Shown in pieces: positions 6,250 to 11,447 of a stretch of DNA of 11,447 bases. The DNA is from Candidatus Iainarchaeum sp. GTDB lineage: Archaea > Iainarchaeota > Iainarchaeia > Iainarchaeales > JAZDDZ01. The stretch lies in assembly GCA_043809245.1 (NCBI GenBank), contig JAZDDZ010000028.1:1-11447 (forward strand). The letters run 5' to 3'. The translations under genes were made by a program, and so were the position numbers. Position 1 is the first letter of the stretch, and the number at the start of each line of letters is the position of its first letter. The notes under the pieces are model-generated. The model made no database searches, was not told where the DNA came from, and saw only the letters and a program-made list of their open reading frames with translations.

Positions 6250-6465
6250 TCAGCACGGGCAACTGCATTCAATTTTGGTTCCGCCTATTTGTTTTATCAG
6301 CCCAATATTGTTATAGCCCTGCATGTTTATGTCATTCTCTTTGGCTGCTTCGCAAATCTTGCCGCATGTTTCCATGCAGGTTCCAAGCTCGTTAACCGCC
6401 TGCTCCACACACCCTGTGAAAAGCAATGCGAAAACCAGAATGCAGCCCAACACTAAAAATTTCAT
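6250..6465 (-). CDS. Small Cys-rich putative lipoprotein
   Basis: SD GGAGG (6478-6474). Signal peptide MKFLVLGCILVFALLFTG-C with a lipobox-like FTGC. The mature part has CxxxCxxxC and terminal CSCPC. Confidence 0.8.
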   Translation of the reverse strand: MKFLVLGCILVFALLFTGCVEQAVNELGTCMETCGKICEAAKENDINMQGYNNIGLIKQIGGTKIECSCPC

Positions 6466-6487
6466 GAATATTGCCTCCTTTTTTCAA

Positions 6488-7633
6488 TCAGCCCATCACT
6501 ATCTTCAACCCTTCGCCGAACAATCCCCATAGTTTTGGCGTTCGGAGAATTCTTCCGACGAAAAGGCTAGGGCGGTCCATGTCCCCGTATTTCTCCAAAA
6601 ATTCAGGCAGGCCGGCCTTGTTTGCCTTTCCAACCAGTTTGTTTAACTTGTTGTCATCCAAGGAGTTAAGGTATTTCCTGATTCGCCAGTGAAGCTGAAG
6701 CTCCTTGTTCAATCCAACGAGCTTTTTGTCCACTTCCTTCAATGGCTTGCCATTTGCCAAGTTCTCTTTAATGCCTTCCGCTGCAATGGACGCGGCAAGC
6801 GAGCCTGTTACAATGCCGCCGCCGCTTGTGGCCTTTGTGTGGTAAGCCGCATCCCCCACCAAAATCAAATTGTCTTTTGTGATTTCATTTAACGGAGGCC
6901 CTATTGGAATCATTGCGCTGCTTTTCCCGAAAAATTCCCCTGCAATCCTTTTCTTTCTGACAAATTCGTCGAATAATTCAGCGGGGTTTCCCTCGCTTGT
7001 GCCAAGGCCGATTCTTGCAATCTCCTTGCTTTCCGGCACAACCCATGCAAAGAAATCCTTTGCAAAGGAACCGAAGTGCATTTCAACAAAATCCTTGTCA
7101 AAGCCGTTCAATCCCCTGCATTTAACCTGGATTGCGTGGACCATTTTTTCCTTTGGCGCCCCGCGGCCAATTAGCTGCCTTACCCTTGAAACCGCGCCGT
7201 CAGCCCCAACAACAATTTTTGCCTTTGCAAGCTCACCCCTTCCCTTGTTCTGCACGAAGACAGTTTCATTCCTGACGTCAATCAGCCTTGTGTTAAGCTT
7301 AACCTCAATGCCCTTGCTTACTGCTTTTTTGTAAATTCCGTAATCAAACTTTTCCCTGTCAAGAACATAAGCCACTGGCTCGTTTTTTCGCACTTCAAGC
7401 ATTGAACCGTCAGGGGAAAAAATCCTCGCGCCCACAACAGAATTCACAGTGCATTCCTCGAGCTCAAGGCCCAAAGAACGCGCCCCGGTCTTGCTCACTA
7501 AGCCAGTGCAGTTGACAGGCCTTCCTACGATTGGGTGTTCCTCGATTACCGAAACATTGATGCCCAGCGCCTTCAATTCCATGGCTGTTTTAAGCCCAAT
7601 CGGCCCTGCCCCAACAACCAGTACGTCATCCAT
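6488..7633 (-). CDS. Geranylgeranyl reductase family FAD-dependent oxidoreductase (DGGR-like)
   Basis: DVLVVGAGP.G, GRPVNCTG, LDRE.FD, VVGADGA.S.V, FFAWVVP and LVGDAA...ATSGGGI. Probable start is ATG 7633 (GGGGT upstream) or 7645. The ORF-track extension to 7687 crosses the promoter. Confidence 0.9.
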   Translation of the reverse strand: MDDVLVVGAGPIGLKTAMELKALGINVSVIEEHPIVGRPVNCTGLVSKTGARSLGLELEECTVNSVVGARIFSPDGSMLEVRKNEPVAYVLDREKFDYGIYKKAVSKGIEVKLNTRLIDVRNETVFVQNKGRGELAKAKIVVGADGAVSRVRQLIGRGAPKEKMVHAIQVKCRGLNGFDKDFVEMHFGSFAKDFFAWVVPESKEIARIGLGTSEGNPAELFDEFVRKKRIAGEFFGKSSAMIPIGPPLNEITKDNLILVGDAAYHTKATSGGGIVTGSLAASIAAEGIKENLANGKPLKEVDKKLVGLNKELQLHWRIRKYLNSLDDNKLNKLVGKANKAGLPEFLEKYGDMDRPSLFVGRILRTPKLWGLFGEGLKIVMG

Positions 7634-7659
7634 GCTTAACCCCATTAAAAGAAAAACGC

Positions 7660-7680
7660 AAAAGCATTTAAAAATTCTTT
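7660..7680. promoter_or_regulatory. Putative bidirectional TATA box between the GGR and DUF1616 genes
   Basis: On +, TTTAAAAA begins at 7667, 30 nt before ATG 7697. On -, TTTAAATG begins at 7672, 27 nt before ATG 7645. Confidence 0.5.
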
Positions 7681-7696
7681 CAATCAATTAGAGGTT

Positions 7697-8017
7697 ATGC
7701 TTGACTTGGTTCTGGGGCTGGTTAAATTCGTTATAGCCGTTACGGTTCCCGGCTATTTTCTCACGCTTGGCTTTTTTCCCTCAAAAAAAGAAATTGACGG
7801 AATAGAGCGCCTCACATATTCCCTTGTTTTTTCCATTACAGTCCAGCCCCTGCTGTTGCTTTTGGAGAACCAGTTGTTCCAGATACCCGTTAATGAAGTT
7901 TCTGTTTTCGCTACATTTTTCCTTGTAATAGCTTTGGGTGCAATTGCTTATTTTGCGCGCGCAAAAAAGCTCCAAAAAGAAGAAGTTTTTCCTTTGCTGC
8001 CACTTGGCTTGAAATAG
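7697..8017 (+). CDS. DUF1616-like small membrane protein
   Basis: PGYFLTLGFFP.KKEIDGIERL.YSL..SI matches the DUF1616 N-terminal motif. About three TM helices. Confidence 0.8.
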   Translation: MLDLVLGLVKFVIAVTVPGYFLTLGFFPSKKEIDGIERLTYSLVFSITVQPLLLLLENQLFQIPVNEVSVFATFFLVIALGAIAYFARAKKLQKEEVFPLLPLGLK

Positions 8018-8027
8018 TTTTTGCTTT

Positions 8028-10925
8028 TCAGCTCTTGAAGCCCCATTTTGGGTCGCTTTTTTTGCCCTGCGAAGAGCCGTTCCTGCTTGAGCTCAGCCAG
8101 CCCTTTACTGCGTCAGCGAAATTGCTGCCTCCTCGGTCCATGCCCAGGGGATGATAGCTGTCTTTGCTTCCCTTTGAGCCCAAGCCGCTGCTTCCCGATG
8201 AACCGCCATCCATTCTTAGGTATGACAAAAGCGAGGCAATCACTACAAGCAGCACCACGACTATTATGAAGAAAGTGAATGCATTGAGTTCAATGCTTGG
8301 CAGTTCAATGTTACCGAGGCCCAAAAAGCCTGTTGCAGCGCCTGCCCCTGCAAGCGCATCTGAGCCTCCCTGTTTTTTCGCAAGCTCATCCAGTGAAATT
8401 GTCGCGCCTGACTTGAAAACCAATGGAATGGATTCGAATTCAGCTGTAATCAACTGCTGTGCGTCTCCCAGGCTGAATTTTTTGTCAATGGAATAAAACA
8501 CTTCGACTTTTTCGCCTGCAGCAACCGAAACGCTCCATTTAAGGATTGGGTCTTCATTCAGTATGCTGAACCTTGCACCGCTTTCAATCTCGGAGGCGCT
8601 TTCAGCGAATTCCTTTGGAATTATTTCAATGAGCTGCAGCCTAAGCAGCGAATCAGAGTTGTTTGAAAAAGTTATTTTTCCGACAACCTTGTAGTATGAT
8701 TCATTCCCGTTTACTATTTTTACAACCATCAATTCCCTTTCAATGTCGTTTTCCTCCAGCAATGCAGTGATGTCAGCTGCATTTTCAGCGCTTAAATTCA
8801 TTGACGCTATTTCATCCAAAAGCACTGACCTTGCCATTACGGTTCTTTCCTTGTCTTCTTCCGTGCACTGCAATGACTCCAATACTTTCTCATAGCTTTG
8901 CTCGGCGCTTTCAGCTTCCGCGTTGCAGTCTGCGAATTTGTTTGCATCAAACGCGACCTCGGCATTCAAAAGGTTTGCGTCTCCGAATTCCTTCCACTGC
9001 TTAATGCTGCTTATTAATTCAACGCCATAGTTTGACGCGGTATCAATCAATAATTCAATCTCTGCTTTTTTGTCCTTTGCTTCGTTAAGGTAAGCCAATG
9101 CGTCTTCGCTTAGGTTTGCATTTGTTACCTTCACGCTTATCTCCCTGTACGCGTAATTCCTCGGGCTTGCGTTGTCCCCTGCCCTTGCCTTCAGCTTGTG
9201 GGTTCCCTCGCTTACATTGCTTAACTCCAGCTCGTACTGGTAGTAGGAGCCTGTTTTGGATGTGACATTTCCCAGTATTTCATCGTCAAGGTAAAAAGTT
9301 ATCTGGGCTATCCCGCTTGCATCCGCTGCGGAAACCTTCAGCAAAACAACTCCCGAAACCGTTGCATTGTTTAATGGGCTTGACCATGAAAGCGTGGGCG
9401 CGGTTTCGTCATCGGAATTATCGCTTGAGTTGTCATTGCTGCTGTTGTCTGATGATGAGCCGCTTGTTGTTGCGCTCCTGTAATTGGACTGTGCTGACTC
9501 GTTTCCCGCGTTGTCTAATGCGCTTACCTTGAAGTAATATGTTGTGCCGCTGCTCAGGCCTGAGTGGGTGTAAGATGTTGAAGTGGTTGTCGCCACATTG
9601 GAGTAGCCTGAATCCGATGAATTGCTTCGGTAAATCCTGTACTCCTTTAATCCTGAGCCGCTGGAATTGTCTGAAACGCTTCCCCAGCTCAATGAAATTT
9701 CAGAGTCCGAAATAGTGTTTGCGCTGTCAAGCGTTGGCTGGCTCGGTGAGCCGCTGTCAAGCGTGATTGAATCGCTTGCACCGCTCATGCTTGTTTCGTT
9801 TCCAGCAGCGTCCTTGCACTGGAAGTAAACCGTTTTTCCGCCGTCGCCTCCGCTCAGATTCCAGCTTTTTGAAGTCACATAAGATTCATAGCTGCTTGTC
9901 TGTGTGGTGTCGTTGGAGTAACGGCACTGCGATGCGCCTGAAGCGGAAAGGCTTAGCGTCACGCCTGTGGACCTTGTGTAACTGTCGCCGCCGTTGATTG
10001 AAATGCTTAAGCCAGTCGGAGCGCTTGTGTCAATGTCAAAAGTCCAGGAAAAAGCCGTGTGATTGCCCAACAAATCGTTTGTGTCAACTGAAACGCTCAC
10101 TGTTTTGTCCGCAATCGCAGCAACTGGAGTGTATGAAACGCTGAATCCGCCGGAAACCGGAACGATTACAGGCGTTACCGCGCTTCCGTCCACTTTAACT
10201 GCAATCTTTGTTGAATCAACCCCGCTTCCCGCGTCAGTCACGTTAAATGAAATCGTGGGCGTATTGTCGTTTGTGCTTCCCGTCGGCGCGTTTGCAGAAA
10301 CCGTCGGGCCGCCGCTGTCAAGGGTTATGCTGTCGCTTGCCCCTGCCGCGCTTGTCTCGTTTCCAGCAGTGTCTTTGCACTGGTAGTACACGGTTTTGCT
10401 TCCGTCCCCTGCTGATAAATCCCATGTTTTTGTTGTGGCATATGCCTCGTATGCGCTGAAAGTTGTTCCGTCATTCGAGTAATGGCATTCGGTTGCGCCT
10501 GTTGCTGAAAGCGTTAGTTTTACATTTGCATTCCTTGCGGTTGCATTGCCGTCGTTTATTGAAATTGCAAGTCCGCTTGGGGGTGTTGCGTCAAGGATTA
10601 TTGAGTCATTTGCGTCCTTTGCAGCTGTTTCCATTCCGTTTGAGTCCCTGCATTGATAGTAAACTGTTTTGTTTCCGTCTCCCGCTGACAAATTCCAGTT
10701 TTTTGTTGCAGCGTATGCCTCATAGCCGCTGAAAGTTGTTCCGTCATTGGAGTACTGGCATTGGTTTGCATCTGTTGCCGAAAGGGTTAAAGTCACGGCA
10801 GCATTGTTTGCGTATGTTGCGCCGCTGTTAATTGAAATGTTTAAATCCGCTGGAGCCGCGGAAACAAAAGCGGTTAAAAGAATGAGAACAAAAGAGATAA
10901 TGGCAAACGCTATATTTTTTTTCAA
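8028..10925 (-). CDS. Large membrane-anchored cell-surface (glyco)protein with Ig-like repeats and a fibronectin type III domain
   Basis: SD GGGGTGA before TTG 10925. Sec signal peptide, three ~88-aa repeats, other Ig-like domains, FN3 (ISLSW...EYRIYR...YTHSGL..GTTYYFKVSALD.AGNES), Ser/Asp/Asn linker, helical stalk, C-terminal TM helix and ~60-aa tail. Many NxS/T sequons. Confidence 0.88.
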   Translation of the reverse strand: MKKNIAFAIISFVLILLTAFVSAAPADLNISINSGATYANNAAVTLTLSATDANQCQYSNDGTTFSGYEAYAATKNWNLSAGDGNKTVYYQCRDSNGMETAAKDANDSIILDATPPSGLAISINDGNATARNANVKLTLSATGATECHYSNDGTTFSAYEAYATTKTWDLSAGDGSKTVYYQCKDTAGNETSAAGASDSITLDSGGPTVSANAPTGSTNDNTPTISFNVTDAGSGVDSTKIAVKVDGSAVTPVIVPVSGGFSVSYTPVAAIADKTVSVSVDTNDLLGNHTAFSWTFDIDTSAPTGLSISINGGDSYTRSTGVTLSLSASGASQCRYSNDTTQTSSYESYVTSKSWNLSGGDGGKTVYFQCKDAAGNETSMSGASDSITLDSGSPSQPTLDSANTISDSEISLSWGSVSDNSSGSGLKEYRIYRSNSSDSGYSNVATTTSTSYTHSGLSSGTTYYFKVSALDNAGNESAQSNYRSATTSGSSSDNSSNDNSSDNSDDETAPTLSWSSPLNNATVSGVVLLKVSAADASGIAQITFYLDDEILGNVTSKTGSYYQYELELSNVSEGTHKLKARAGDNASPRNYAYREISVKVTNANLSEDALAYLNEAKDKKAEIELLIDTASNYGVELISSIKQWKEFGDANLLNAEVAFDANKFADCNAEAESAEQSYEKVLESLQCTEEDKERTVMARSVLLDEIASMNLSAENAADITALLEENDIERELMVVKIVNGNESYYKVVGKITFSNNSDSLLRLQLIEIIPKEFAESASEIESGARFSILNEDPILKWSVSVAAGEKVEVFYSIDKKFSLGDAQQLITAEFESIPLVFKSGATISLDELAKKQGGSDALAGAGAATGFLGLGNIELPSIELNAFTFFIIVVVLLVVIASLLSYLRMDGGSSGSSGLGSKGSKDSYHPLGMDRGGSNFADAVKGWLSSSRNGSSQGKKSDPKWGFKS
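9756..10853 (-). repeat. Three intragenic ~264-bp repeats (about 10853-10590, 10580-10317, 10019-9756)
   Basis: Repeated peptide P..L.ISIN.G......V.L.LSA..A..C.YSND....S.YE.Y...K.W.LS.GDG.KTVY.QC.D..G.ET......DSI.LD, with DNA similarity still visible. Confidence 0.9.
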
Positions 10926-10994
10926 CGTTTTTCACCCCACAGTTAAAAGCCTTTGAAAACGCATCAGATATTCTATTTATTATTTCTCCCCCGC

Positions 10995-11012
10995 AACAAT
11001 TTATATACCTTT
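10995..11012. promoter_or_regulatory. TATA box (TTTATATA / TATATAAA) between the divergent surface-protein and export-protein genes
   Basis: TTTATATA at 11000-11007 is a consensus archaeal TATA on both strands, with AAAGG BRE-like flank on -. Confidence 0.55.
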
Positions 11013-11037
11013 ACCCCCTTTTTGGTGAAGTAGTTAA

Positions 11038-11447
11038 TTGGTGTTTTTTTTGGCTGCATTGCTTGACGATATCCTGTATGTTTTCCTGATAACGCTCCTG
11101 CCGTACATTGAGTTAAGGGGCGCGATTCCAGTGGGAATTCTTGCGCTGAAAATGGATCCACTGCTTGTTTTCGCGCTGGCCACTGCTGCAAACATCCTCA
11201 TAATTTTTCCCATATTCTTTTTCCTCGAGCTCTTCTTTCCTTTCCTTGAAAAGCGCTTCAAATTCCTTGAAAGCTTCATTGAAGGCGCCAGAAACAAGGC
11301 GGAAAAAGCAGTGGACAAATATGGTTTCCTCGGCTTAATGGTTTTCGTTGCAATTCCTTTGCCTGGCACAGGCGCCTACAGCGGTGCTTTGGGCGCTTAT
11401 CTTTTGGGCATAAAAAAAAGGAAAGCGATTCCCGCGATTGCATTAGG
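11038..11447 (+). CDS. Small multidrug export-like membrane protein (COG2426 / Sm_multidrug_ex), 3'-partial, not in the ORF track
   Basis: Manual translation gives ...LLPYIELRGAIPVGI...ANILII...VDKYGFLGLMVFVAIPLPGTGAYSGALGAYLLG..., the family signature. In-frame stop at 11035-11037. Start is TTG 11038, GTG 11041 or TTG 11050. Runs off the window. Confidence 0.9.
   Translation, partial: MVFFLAALLDDILYVFLITLLPYIELRGAIPVGILALKMDPLLVFALATAANILIIFPIFFFLELFFPFLEKRFKFLESFIEGARNKAEKAVDKYGFLGLMVFVAIPLPGTGAYSGALGAYLLGIKKRKAIPAIAL

Noticed and set aside
5478-6465. Integrated element at tRNA-Gln carrying the hydrolase and lipoprotein
   Set aside because: I found no integrase, no duplicated tRNA 3' end and no clear compositional shift.
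6250-6465. Heme-binding, radical-SAM or selenocysteine read-through interpretation of the Cys-rich ORF
   Set aside because: There is no CxxCH, the spacing is CxxxCxxxC rather than CxxxCxxC, and read-through of the TGA would run into the convergent hydrolase gene with no evident SECIS.
1549-7687. Extended N-termini given by the ORF track for the ATPase (1549) and GGR (7687)
   Set aside because: The extensions run through the TATA boxes of divergent promoters and precede the conserved domain starts, so downstream ATGs fit better.
9756-10853. DNA repeats as a CRISPR array or DGR template/variable repeats
   Set aside because: They are ~264-bp in-frame domain duplications with mixed, largely synonymous-type divergence. 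There is no spacer structure, no adenine-specific pattern that I could see, and no reverse transcriptase.
620-10925. Alternative genetic code (TGA recoded)
   Set aside because: TGA falls at the expected C-termini of conserved proteins, including a TGATG coupling, and does not interrupt any conserved frame.
213-11369. Numerous 60-154 aa ORFs in the track (e.g. 213..395, 759..1028, 6870..7334, 8164..8496, 10973..11191, 11034..11369)
   Set aside because: They are antisense or off-frame shadows of well-supported genes or of the tRNA flank, with no motifs. 11034..11369 (-) is the shadow of the + strand COG2426 gene.

Overview
Archaeal chromosomal segment. The evidence is TATA/BRE-type promoters, GGTGA/GGAGG ribosome-binding sites, an intronless tRNA-Gln with A1-U72 and no encoded CCA, a geranylgeranyl reductase and DUF1616. 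Gene content and style suggest a DPANN lineage such as Ca. Iainarchaeota, but this is inference only. From left to right: (1) the right end of an IS200/IS605-family element missed by the ORF track (TnpA C-terminus ending in a PCNA-binding PIP-like motif, subterminal hairpin, GACG guide, TCAC cleavage site), inserted into and truncating an AT-rich DUF3800 gene; (2) a split Tad/type IV pilus core, with one TadC-like gene divergent from a TadA/CpaF ATPase plus a second TadB/C-like gene, around one shared TATA box and with no pilins; (3) a structured 220-bp intergenic region holding a candidate sRNA and/or a 36-aa ORF; (4) DUF192 and a coiled-coil ORF; (5) uppS-type cis-prenyltransferase; (6) tRNA-Gln(UUG); (7) RBBP9/YdeN hydrolase; (8) a tiny Cys-rich lipoprotein with a CxxxCxxxC...CxCxC pattern; (9) geranylgeranyl reductase; (10) DUF1616; (11) a 965-aa repeat-rich membrane-anchored surface protein; (12) a partial COG2426 small multidrug export gene, also absent from the ORF track. 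No CRISPR array or rRNA. I cannot demonstrate a complete new system. The best leads are the IS200/PIP-box/DUF3800 junction, the defensin-like lipoprotein, the divergent Tad locus and the candidate sRNA.
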